From the NCBI GenBank assembly GCA_017608405.1, contig JAFCFX010000001.1:7667-71666 (forward strand): 64,000 nt of DNA. The letters are read 5' to 3'. Each line of letters opens with the position of its first letter. Position 1 is the stretch's first letter. This stretch comes from Candidatus Pacearchaeota archaeon. GTDB lineage: Archaea; Nanobdellota; Nanobdellia; Pacearchaeales; GW2011-AR1. Positions 55,861 to 64,000 of this stretch are shown here, piece by piece. The translations under genes were made by a program, and so were the position numbers. The notes beneath the pieces are model-generated. The model did no database searches. It was not told the origin of the DNA and saw only the letters and a program-made list of their open reading frames with translations.

Positions 55861-56415
55861 CTAAATATTAATTAAAATAGAAGTAAGAGAAAGAGCTATA
55901 ATAATTCCAAGACAAACCCAAGGACCTATTCTTTTTTCATATTCTTTGTTTTCCATTATTCTATTTATTTCGTATTGTAGATAAAAGATGTTGAAGATAA
56001 GTGTGAAAAACCATGAAATTTTTTTTGTAACTCCTTTTTTAGTAAGGGTTTCATTTATTATTGTTCTTATACAGAAGGACATAAATAAAACTAAAATAAG
56101 GATGAAGAGGGCTATAATTGAATAAATTATTGCTATAATTGTAAAAATTGAAGCATAATCCAGGTTTGGTTTTGTAATGGCTAAAGTGCTAAAGACAAAT
56201 AATAAGATTAAGATAGGGATAGCGACAATTGTAATAATTAAATAAATAACTGTGAGTGTTTCTTTTAATTTTTTTTGGGTTCCCAAAGTGTTTAATTCTC
56301 TTGATTTTTTAATAAACCATATTGCAGAATAAATATTAAGAGTTATGGTAGATAAGATCCATAATAATGCCACGTTCTTTTTTTGGGGTGGGGTTTGTTG
56401 TTCTTGATCTTTCAT
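55861..56415 (-). CDS. Membrane protein (DUF4234-like)
   Basis: ILSTITLNIYSAIWF...ELN; FYLQYEIN. Confidence 0.75.
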   Translation of the reverse strand: MKDQEQQTPPQKKNVALLWILSTITLNIYSAIWFIKKSRELNTLGTQKKLKETLTVIYLIITIVAIPILILLFVFSTLAITKPNLDYASIFTIIAIIYSIIALFILILVLFMSFCIRTIINETLTKKGVTKKISWFFTLIFNIFYLQYEINRIMENKEYEKRIGPWVCLGIIIALSLTSILINI

Positions 56416-56973
56416 TTAAACATCTAGCTTTTTAGCAGGTTTTAGTTTTGTATTGCTATAAGCATTAAAATAAAGAATATTGTCTAGGTCTATTTTTATT
56501 TTTTTTGTAGGTTTTTTCTCAAACTCATATCCAATAGGAAAGAGAGCTTCTACATTGACTTCTTTTGGTATTGATAATGCTCTTTTTACTTGACTTTCTA
56601 CAAAATGGCCTACCCAACAGCTTGAGAGTTTTGCTTCTTGAATTTTTAATAAGAAATTTTGAATTGCTGCGCCTGCTTGTTGCCTTGTGTAGGTTTTTCC
56701 TTTTTCTCCATAACTATTTATTGTTCTTGAAGGGTTTGAACAGGCCACCACAACATAATGTGCTTGCGCAATAAAATTTTGTTGTGCTGCTTTTGCTAAT
56801 TTTTTTATTTTTTCTTTATCATCGACTATAATAAATTTTACAGTGTAATTATTTCCTGCCATTGGAGCATAGCGCGCAGCGTTTATGCATTCAATTATCT
56901 TTCTCCAGTCTGGTTTTTTATTGCTGAATTTTCTTACACTTTTTCTAGATTGTATTGCTTTGTCTAATTCCAT
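56416..56973 (-). CDS. Nitroreductase family protein
   Basis: RKSVRKF; APMAGN; AAIQNFLL; SCWVG. Confidence 0.92.
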   Translation of the reverse strand: MELDKAIQSRKSVRKFSNKKPDWRKIIECINAARYAPMAGNNYTVKFIIVDDKEKIKKLAKAAQQNFIAQAHYVVVACSNPSRTINSYGEKGKTYTRQQAGAAIQNFLLKIQEAKLSSCWVGHFVESQVKRALSIPKEVNVEALFPIGYEFEKKPTKKIKIDLDNILYFNAYSNTKLKPAKKLDV

Positions 56974-57052
56974 GAAAAAATTAAGAAATATGGTTATAAA
57001 AATGTTTTTGAATTCGTAACCTTTAAAAGTAAATAGAATTTATCATTATCAT

Positions 57053-57126
57053 GTCCCCGTGGCTCAGTTGGTTAGAGCGATCGGCTGTTAACCGATAGGT
57101 CGGAGGTTCGAGTCCTCCCGGGGACG
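57053..57126 (+). tRNA. tRNA-Asn(GTT)
   Basis: GTCCCCG/CGGGGAC-G; ATCGG-CTGTTAA-CCGAT; TTCGAGT loop. Confidence 0.96.
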
Positions 57127-57127
57127 T

Positions 57128-57628
57128 TTACCTCTTCAACCCTAAATCAATTACTGGTTTGACTTGGTGTTTTTCAAGATGAGCATATACATTTGAATGT
57201 TTTGATCCTTTGATAATTAAGATGATTGCTTCTTGAGCATTTTCAATATTTTCTGCATCTCCAACTATGCCTATTTTATTATCTTTTAATTCAAAATAAC
57301 ATTTTGTTAACTGACTTAGAGTTTGGAGTGCTTTTCCTTTTTTCCCTATTATTCTGGCTCTGATTCTTTCCAAGTCTTTTCGTGTTGTATGGTCTTTTAT
57401 GTGTATTGTTTCAAAAACAAAGTCTTCTTCTTTAATTAAAATTGCAACAGAAAAAGGAAACCCGAGATTTAAGGCATCAATGACTTTTTCTGCAATAAAT
57501 TCATCTTCTGGTTTGCCAGAAATATTTACTTCCTTGCCCCTATTAGTGATTTTAACCTTTAGAATTTTTTCTAATCTCTTCTTATTTTTTGTTATTCTTG
57601 GAACTTTGTCGATTAAGAGAGTTTTCAT
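57128..57628 (-). CDS. KH-domain rRNA processing protein (Dim2/Pno1)
   Basis: ALNLGF; RIRARIIGKKG; GSKHSNVY. Confidence 0.9.
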   Translation of the reverse strand: MKTLLIDKVPRITKNKKRLEKILKVKITNRGKEVNISGKPEDEFIAEKVIDALNLGFPFSVAILIKEEDFVFETIHIKDHTTRKDLERIRARIIGKKGKALQTLSQLTKCYFELKDNKIGIVGDAENIENAQEAIILIIKGSKHSNVYAHLEKHQVKPVIDLGLKR

Positions 57629-57678
57629 ATTAAGAATAATTTAGGTAATTATTTAAATGTTTATTAACTATTCAATAT

Positions 57679-57936
57679 ATGAAGAGTAAATTAGCTATTT
57701 GGAGCTTTATTTCAGTAATTGTTATAATAATTTTGGGATTTTTACTAGGAGATTTACTATATGTGTCTGGGATAATTTGGATTTTTTGGATATTATATGC
57801 TGTCCCTTTGGTTTTAGGTATATTGGGCTTAGTTGATATTCGTAAAAATAAACTAGAAGGTAAAAGCTTAGCAATAATAGGAATTATTTTGGCTGCTTTG
57901 TTGTATCTTGTTAATTTGGTAGCCCCCTTTTTTTAA
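57679..57936 (+). CDS. Small membrane protein (DUF4190-like)
   Basis: SKLAIWS...LGILGL..I...EGKSLAIIGIIL. Confidence 0.75.
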   Translation: MKSKLAIWSFISVIVIIILGFLLGDLLYVSGIIWIFWILYAVPLVLGILGLVDIRKNKLEGKSLAIIGIILAALLYLVNLVAPFF

Positions 57937-57941
57937 TATAA

Positions 57942-58292
57942 TTAAAATTCTTGTTTTTCTGTTTTAAGATAACCATTTCTTTTTAACCAAGCTACTTGAT
58001 TTGGCCTGTGTTTAAATATAATATCTGCCTTTTCATCATCTAGTTCCCAAGGCTCTACAGTAACAATATCTCCTGGCCTAAGCCATAATCTTCTTCTTAA
58101 TCTTCCTGGGACTCTGCAGTTCCGTGTTTTTCCATCTGTGCAAACAATTAACATTTTATTTCCTCCAAGTCTTTGTTCCATTATTCCTAGTATTTCTCTT
58201 CCTCTTGGAAGTTTAGCTCTGACTATTTTTTGTTCTTCTTGTCCTGGTTTTTCTGGTTCTGGTTTTACAGTCTTGTCTTCAAATTCTTCCAT
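57942..58292 (-). CDS. eif1a: Translation initiation factor aIF-1A
   Basis: LGGNK...CTDGKTRNCRVPGRLRRRLWLRPGDIVTVEPW. Confidence 0.95.
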   Translation of the reverse strand: MEEFEDKTVKPEPEKPGQEEQKIVRAKLPRGREILGIMEQRLGGNKMLIVCTDGKTRNCRVPGRLRRRLWLRPGDIVTVEPWELDDEKADIIFKHRPNQVAWLKRNGYLKTEKQEF

Positions 58293-58370
58293 GTTTATTT
58301 TAGAAAGCAGGTGTTTATAAAACTAATCACATCAATACAAAAGCGAATCAAAGATTCTTATTAGTCCTTA

Positions 58371-58667
58371 TTACATAAGAACTAGTGCGAAAGGTATTCT
58401 TTGGATCTTTTTTATTCCTTCCTCTGAGATGATTCCTGCTTTAAGGGCTGTTGCAGTTGATTTTTCTCCCACGATATTAAATGTTGCATCTTCTGCTATC
58501 ATGTCTTTCATGATTTCCATTGCTTTTTCTTGGGAAGTTTGTTCTCCTTTAAAGAATTCTCCTGTTAAATCTAATTGAAAATTATCTTCTTCAAATTTTT
58601 GCCCTAAGAGTTCTTTATCACAAATAGCAACAATATCTCTATAGGATTTAATAATTCTTAATAACAT
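58371..58667 (-). CDS. DUF424 family protein
   Basis: VAICDKELLG..F; FFKG; FNIVGE. Confidence 0.88.
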   Translation of the reverse strand: MLLRIIKSYRDIVAICDKELLGQKFEEDNFQLDLTGEFFKGEQTSQEKAMEIMKDMIAEDATFNIVGEKSTATALKAGIISEEGIKKIQRIPFALVLM

Positions 58668-58715
58668 TTTAAATAGTTCCCATACAAATAAAATTAAAAA
58701 TAAAAAATAAAAAAA

Positions 58716-58910
58716 TTAAAAAGCCTTTTTAGCTTCGCCAGCTTGGATTGCTTTTTCTGCATTGTCTTTTGACATCATAGCACACATCTTTGTACCGCAC
58801 GCAGTACATGTTCCTTTAGCCATAAATCCCCCTTTAACAGTTTGATTTATTGCTACTTCTTTCATTTCTTGTCCTTTTTTCTTACATTTGACGCAATATC
58901 CTTTTACCAT
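58716..58910 (-). CDS. Small zinc-ribbon protein (DUF5679-like)
   Basis: YCVKCK...KGTCTACGTKM; SD GGAG. Confidence 0.85.
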   Translation of the reverse strand: MVKGYCVKCKKKGQEMKEVAINQTVKGGFMAKGTCTACGTKMCAMMSKDNAEKAIQAGEAKKAF

Positions 58911-59031
58911 GTTTTTATCTCCTTTTTATTTAATTATTTGGTGGATTATTAAGGAGATTTTGTTTTATAAAGATATCTGAGAAGGATTTTATATAGAAAT
59001 CTTTTAATACCTGTTGCATTTGGTGTGGGTT

Positions 59032-59442
59032 ATGGGGTTAAAAAATTTTCTTCGTAAACTTTTTGAAGAGGAAGAAGACAATACTGTTTCTCTTCTTATG
59101 GCTATGGCTGATTTTACTATTAAGATGAAAAATGCTAAATATGAAAGAAATAGTAGTGTTTGTTTTGATCCAAGATCTTTGGCTACTAATTTTGGAAGTG
59201 TTAATGTTGGTCTCTGTGATGATGTTATGTTAGAAAAAAAGGCATTAAATTATCTGAGTATTTTATCTAGAAATAAATTATATGATGAGTATAACCGGGC
59301 TTATCTTCTTGCAGAAATAACAGATAATAGTTTTTTTGATCTTAAATTTCCTGATCCAGACCATCCTAGAATAAAATATTTTATAAAACCTACACAATAC
59401 ATGTTTTTAACCCAAAAGCAGATGGGTGTAAAAACCAGTTAA
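59032..59442 (+). CDS. Hypothetical protein
   Basis: ORF from ATG 59032. Confidence 0.55.
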   Translation: MGLKNFLRKLFEEEEDNTVSLLMAMADFTIKMKNAKYERNSSVCFDPRSLATNFGSVNVGLCDDVMLEKKALNYLSILSRNKLYDEYNRAYLLAEITDNSFFDLKFPDPDHPRIKYFIKPTQYMFLTQKQMGVKTS

Positions 59443-59445
59443 TAA

Positions 59446-59853
59446 TTATATCTTCCCCCTAACACTATGTTTAGCCCCACATGCGAGGCATTGCAAAAAC
59501 ATTAATCTGTCTTGTTTTTTGAGTTCTGTGTCTGGTTTTCCACATTCTTTACAAAGAACAAACTCTTTTACATATTGTTCTATTTTTTGATTCATTATTG
59601 AACTTGAGACTCTTTTGTTTAGAACTAACCTATCTCCTTCTTTTTGACCTGAAGCTGCAACTTCTTTTAATAGAAATTTTTGAAAGTGTTCTGGCCTTCT
59701 TCTTATATGGGAAGCGACTTGGAAAAAGTTAGTCAAGATTGTTTTTTTACCTTGGAAATGCCCTGATATTTTTGGAATTTCAAATCTATCGCTAGTAGAA
59801 TCAACTTGTTTTACTTTTTCATATGCTTTGTCTAATAATTTTTCGTATTCCAT
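59446..59853 (-). CDS. eif2b: Translation initiation factor aIF-2 beta
   Basis: YEKLLDKAY; RFEIP; GKKTILTNF; CKECGKPDT; CLACGA. Confidence 0.95.
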   Translation of the reverse strand: MEYEKLLDKAYEKVKQVDSTSDRFEIPKISGHFQGKKTILTNFFQVASHIRRRPEHFQKFLLKEVAASGQKEGDRLVLNKRVSSSIMNQKIEQYVKEFVLCKECGKPDTELKKQDRLMFLQCLACGAKHSVRGKI

Positions 59854-59883
59854 ATTTTAGGGGTGTAGAAAGAGTTTATAAAA

Positions 59884-60513
59884 CTAACCCAGGTATCTTA
59901 TTTTTCCTGGTCTCGGTTCAAAAGTAATGCCTTCTTCTAGAAATTTTTGCACTTCTTGATTAATTATTTCTGGTGAAATATCTCTTAAATCCATTATTAG
60001 TTGATCCATTTCAATTCCTCCATTTTCTTCTGCATTCTTTATTGCCCCCAAGATCCTATCTTTTACTGCGACTATTTGTTCTCTCCCCAGACTTTCTGTA
60101 TTTTTGCTTTTTTCTTTTTCAAGCTCAAGTTTTCTTACAACAAGGTATCTTGGATCTTGTTCTTTTATTATTTCAGGAGCAATATAGGTTTCATTATTCC
60201 AATGTCTTAGGAGCCCTATGATGAGCACTGTTTGGCCTTGATTTAGGTTTTTTAACTTTTCTACATCATCTCCAAACGATTTTAATTTTATTTGTCCAGA
60301 ACCGTCATCTAGTGTTACAAAAGAATATTGTTTTTCTCCTTCACTATCATATTTTTCAACAATATTGCCTAAGATATTGACTCTCACTATATTTTTTTCT
60401 CCTAATTCTAAAAATGAAAATCTTTCTCCATCGATTATTGGCTTTCCAATTAAAATATCTCCAATTCTTAACTTAAATGCAATATTTCTTTTAAATTGTT
60501 GTTCTTCTGGCAT
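59884..60513 (-). CDS. Replication protein A, RPA32-like (OB fold + wH)
   Basis: RVNILG; TLDDGSGQI; C-terminal EGITFEPRPG. Confidence 0.88.
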   Translation of the reverse strand: MPEEQQFKRNIAFKLRIGDILIGKPIIDGERFSFLELGEKNIVRVNILGNIVEKYDSEGEKQYSFVTLDDGSGQIKLKSFGDDVEKLKNLNQGQTVLIIGLLRHWNNETYIAPEIIKEQDPRYLVVRKLELEKEKSKNTESLGREQIVAVKDRILGAIKNAEENGGIEMDQLIMDLRDISPEIINQEVQKFLEEGITFEPRPGKIRYLG

Positions 60514-60551
60514 TTTGATAGTGAAGAAAATCTCTATTTATTTTTAAAGAT

Positions 60552-62591
60552 TTATGTTCTTCCAACATAACCTCTTCTTGGTTTAAAGATTTCTCCTTGA
60601 GTATTTAGCTTATTTATTGCTTCATCTATCTCTTCTTTACTTAATTTGCCTTCTAATTCTTTTTCAATTTCTTCAATAGGAATCATTTTTCCTAAACGAT
60701 TTTCTAATTCAATAATTATGTCTCTTACTGTAAAGATTTTTCCCCTCTGAGAAGAAGTCATCCCTGTTGTCGCTTTATCAATATCAAATGTTTTTGATTC
60801 ATAATCATATCCTACTTGTATTAAATAATATTTCATTAATTCGATTGCTTCTTTAGCATCTTTAGATTCTACTGTTTTGTTTAATCTTAATCTTGCAGAT
60901 GCTTCTGCCATTCTAATTAATGCTTGTAATTGCCTTGCAGAAATTGGAATCGGTCTCATCGCGCTTTCTGATGTTACTGGTTTATTTCTTAAATCAACAT
61001 AGAATTTTCTTATTTCTGCAACTGCATCATCACTTAGTTTTGGACTTATCTTTTGTTTTGCATATGCTACATATTTTCTAAAGATTTCTCTTGGGATTAG
61101 CATATCTTCACCTGTTTTTTGATGTTCATATAAAACATGCGTAGCAATTTTTTCATCTTTGCTTCTATCTGGAATATCTCTTAAGGTGAAAATAACATCA
61201 AAACGATTAATTAGGGTTGGGGGAAGGTCAATTTGTTGCGCAATTGTTTGATAGGGATCAAATCTTCCAAATTTGGGATTGGCTGCTGCTAAAACCGAGG
61301 TTTCTGCCCTTAAAGTTGCTTGAACATTGGCTTTTGTCACGGTAATTGTTTGCTGTTCCATTGCCTCGTGCATTGCACTCCTATCTTGAGGATCCATTTT
61401 TTCTAATTCATCAATGCAAACAAGTCCTTTGTTTGCTAATACCATTGCTCCTGCTTCTAGGCTCCAGCCTCTTAGATATTCGTCTCTGACTACTGTGGCT
61501 GTTAATCCTGCCCCCGATGCAGATTTTCCTACAACATATCTTCCTTTTGGAGAAATACTAGCCATAAAGTTTAACATAACAGATTTAGCTACTCCTGGAT
61601 CTCCAATTAATAAAATATGCATATCCCCCCTGCTTCTTTGTCCGTCTGCCATTATTTTTTTCACCCCTCCAAATAATTGTAAAATAAGGGCTTTTTTTAT
61701 TTCTTCATAACCCCATACACTTGGTGCAATGCTTCTTGACAATTTATCAAAGATTTTTGGATCTTGTGCAAGTTCTTGAATATGTTGTTCGTCTTCATCA
61801 TTTATATCTAATTCTTCAAATGTTTCTTCTAAGGGAATAATGTTGTTTGCTTCTATTGCTAATTCAAATCTTGTTGAAAGTCCGCCTGTTCTTAGTGGAA
61901 CTGGGACTTCTTTTAATATTCCAATGATTTTTACTCTACTTCCAGGAGTTGTTTTTTCCTCCATTTTTGGTTCAACTAAATCTTCTTTTACAAATACATT
62001 GATTCTCTTTGGCTGCTCTCCCCCTGATAAAGATTCTGGAGCTTCTTCTATTACTAATCTTTGAGTATCGACCATTTCTTTGCTAATTAATTTAAAACCT
62101 CCTCTTCTACCACATGAACACCTCATCGGTTCTTGAAACTTTTTTTCTATTTGCAATACTGCAATGACTGTTCCGCAGCTTGGACATTCAAATTTTGCGT
62201 TTACTACCTGGGGCCTAACATCTGAGGCTTGTCTTATTATTCCTTCAACTACAATGAGTTCATTTAAATTTTTTGAACGAATATTTCTTACTTTTAGTTC
62301 TTGGGTTTTTGGAAGATTTTGGAGTCTTATTCTTACGTTTTGGACTAAACCAGATTCTTCAATTGCTAATTCTATTATTCTTAATATCTCTTCTGGGTCT
62401 GCGAGTATTTCGTCTGATAATATATTGGAAAATTCTGTTAGTTGCATAAAATCAAGATATATTACTTTGTCCCCTTTTCTTAAAGATTCACCTAATTCCT
62501 TTTTATGGAAATCAAAAAACTTCTTTGCTTCAATAATTAGGTCTTCTTTTTTAGGCCTTGCTTCGCTCTCTTTTTTTACTTCTTCTTCCAT
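60552..62591 (-). CDS. mcm: MCM replicative helicase
   Basis: CPSC/CSC Zn finger; GDPGVAKS; CIDELEKM; AAANPKFGRF; SARQL. Confidence 0.97.
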   Translation of the reverse strand: MEEEVKKESEARPKKEDLIIEAKKFFDFHKKELGESLRKGDKVIYLDFMQLTEFSNILSDEILADPEEILRIIELAIEESGLVQNVRIRLQNLPKTQELKVRNIRSKNLNELIVVEGIIRQASDVRPQVVNAKFECPSCGTVIAVLQIEKKFQEPMRCSCGRRGGFKLISKEMVDTQRLVIEEAPESLSGGEQPKRINVFVKEDLVEPKMEEKTTPGSRVKIIGILKEVPVPLRTGGLSTRFELAIEANNIIPLEETFEELDINDEDEQHIQELAQDPKIFDKLSRSIAPSVWGYEEIKKALILQLFGGVKKIMADGQRSRGDMHILLIGDPGVAKSVMLNFMASISPKGRYVVGKSASGAGLTATVVRDEYLRGWSLEAGAMVLANKGLVCIDELEKMDPQDRSAMHEAMEQQTITVTKANVQATLRAETSVLAAANPKFGRFDPYQTIAQQIDLPPTLINRFDVIFTLRDIPDRSKDEKIATHVLYEHQKTGEDMLIPREIFRKYVAYAKQKISPKLSDDAVAEIRKFYVDLRNKPVTSESAMRPIPISARQLQALIRMAEASARLRLNKTVESKDAKEAIELMKYYLIQVGYDYESKTFDIDKATTGMTSSQRGKIFTVRDIIIELENRLGKMIPIEEIEKELEGKLSKEEIDEAINKLNTQGEIFKPRRGYVGRT

Positions 62592-62676
62592 GATTATGGA
62601 ATAAGCTTGTAGTTTTTATAGATTTATATAGATTCTATAGTAGTTTTAGAAATAAATGATTATTCTTGGGGGGTGA

Positions 62677-63237
62677 TTATTTCTTATAGTTTTTTAATGC
62701 AGCCTTTACATTTTTTAAAAGCTGAATCATGCTGAATTCAAGCTGTTGTTTGTTTTTTGTTCCTGTGCAAACAAGTTTTCCATTGCTAAAGAGTAAGAAG
62801 GTGGCATTTGGCTCTATTAATTTATATACTAAACCAGGAAATTGTTCTGGTTCATATTCTGTATTTTGCATTTCTAATGCTAAAAAGTTTAGATTAAGTT
62901 TTAAGTTGATTGAGCCTGAAGCAACAATATTTTGAACTGTTATTTTTGGTTTTGTTGTTATTTTAACATTGATTTTTTTGAGTTGTTTTATTACTGCTTG
63001 TATTACTTGCTTTACTTGTGCAACTGATTTTGTTCCTGTACACACAAGATTTCCTGAAGAAAATACAAGAACAGCTGATTTTGGCTCTTTTATTCTTAAA
63101 ACTAAACCTGGAAAAGTTTCAGGATTATACTCTGTATTTGGTTGGGTTCTTGCTAACTTTGTCAATGGCACAGGTTTTTCTAGAGAAGTTGTTGCTACAA
63201 TGTTTTGTATTTTGTAATTTGACTTAGATTTTACCAT
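62677..63237 (-). CDS. tbp: TATA-binding protein
   Basis: Two repeats QNIVA...EY(N/E)PE.FPGLV...F.SG/NG.LVCTG. Confidence 0.97.
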   Translation of the reverse strand: MVKSKSNYKIQNIVATTSLEKPVPLTKLARTQPNTEYNPETFPGLVLRIKEPKSAVLVFSSGNLVCTGTKSVAQVKQVIQAVIKQLKKINVKITTKPKITVQNIVASGSINLKLNLNFLALEMQNTEYEPEQFPGLVYKLIEPNATFLLFSNGKLVCTGTKNKQQLEFSMIQLLKNVKAALKNYKK

Positions 63238-63318
63238 TTTAAACTAGTAAAACTATGGAAAAATCCATTTATAAAGGTATCGAGGAGGGTTTTTAAAGAA
63301 TTTATTACTGATTTTTAC

Positions 63319-63879
63319 ATGAAAAATAGATGTCCCTGGCCTGGAAAAAATGAATTAATGATTGACTACCATGATAAAGAATGGGGGGTTCCATTACATG
63401 ATGATAGAAAATTGTTTGAGTTTTTAGTACTTGATGCTTTTCAAGCAGGGCTTTCGTGGCAGATTGTCTTGAATAAGCGTGAGGGATTTAGAAAGGCATT
63501 TGATAATTTTAATTATAAAAAAATAGCTAAATATTCTGAAAAAGATTTTGATAGGCTTGTTAATGATGCTGGAATAATTAGAAATAGATTAAAGATAAGG
63601 GCAACTATTAATAATGCTCAGAAGTTTTTAGAAATTCAAAAAGAGTTTGGAAGTTTTGATAAATATATATGGCAGTTTGTAAATAATAGGCCTATTGACA
63701 ACAAGTGTAAGACCCTAAAAGACATTCCTGTGAAGACAAAAGAGTCAGATGCAATGAGTGAGGATCTTAGGAAAAGAGGATTTAAGTTTGTGGGCTCAAC
63801 AATATGCTACGCTTTTATGCAAGCAGCAGGAATGGTTAATGATCATGTGATTGATTGTTTTAGATGTAGTGAGGTATAA
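63319..63879 (+). CDS. tag: DNA-3-methyladenine glycosylase I
   Basis: RCPW; YHDKEWG; FQAGLSW; IIRNRLKI; GFKFVG; NDHVIDC. Confidence 0.96.
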   Translation: MKNRCPWPGKNELMIDYHDKEWGVPLHDDRKLFEFLVLDAFQAGLSWQIVLNKREGFRKAFDNFNYKKIAKYSEKDFDRLVNDAGIIRNRLKIRATINNAQKFLEIQKEFGSFDKYIWQFVNNRPIDNKCKTLKDIPVKTKESDAMSEDLRKRGFKFVGSTICYAFMQAAGMVNDHVIDCFRCSEV

Positions 63880-64000
63880 TAGGGATTAGGAGTCATTGAT
63901 TCTAATAATTTGAGATAATTAGTCTGTAAATGGTTCTAGTAACTTAAGATAATCAACCCTATTTTCCTAATTATGTTTTATATTCTTTATCCTAAGCTCT

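Noticed and set aside
246-63227. Numerous 60-150 aa ORFs antisense to or nested in conserved genes (e.g. 377-652, 10897-11289, 29572-30027, 54920-55270, 62164-62604)
   Set aside because: Phe/Leu/Ser-rich shadows of Lys/Glu-rich sense genes, with no independent signals.
63880-64000. Possible gene end at the window edge
   Set aside because: All three minus-strand frames stop early and nothing is recognisable.

Overview
AT-rich, gene-dense archaeal chromosome segment, most consistent with a DPANN/Nanoarchaeota (Pacearchaeota-like) genome; the taxon is inferred from gene content. It holds mostly information-processing genes: TFB, TBP, TFE, MCM, RPA32, aIF-1A, aIF-2beta, eS1/eL42/eS8/eS17, Lsm, RNase Z, EndA, Taw3 and FtsZ. 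There are seven tRNA genes (four with 37/38 introns) and a dense aminoacylation region (GlyRS, LeuRS, AlaRS, ProRS, AspRS, GatDE, GatCAB, asparaginase). Accessory genes include a pilin-like/giant surface-protein operon, secreted proteases, a DHS + decarboxylase polyamine operon, DisA + DHH phosphoesterase and an interrupted FabH. Best candidates for undescribed biology: (1) a structured ~65-nt element behind two different tRNA genes, with a segment antisense to its own tRNA's T-loop and a 19-bp duplication of the tRNA 3' end starting at position 56; (2) an AsnRS paralog with a rewired amino-acid pocket coupled to a QueC/MurL-like PP-loop enzyme between aspS and gatC; (3) GlyRS with an extra N-terminal putative DNA-binding domain and three 12-bp repeats at an exact 31-bp period over its promoter; (4) a 15-codon leader ORF in front of the polyamine operon. 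All family calls come from motif recognition by eye; no database searches were run.
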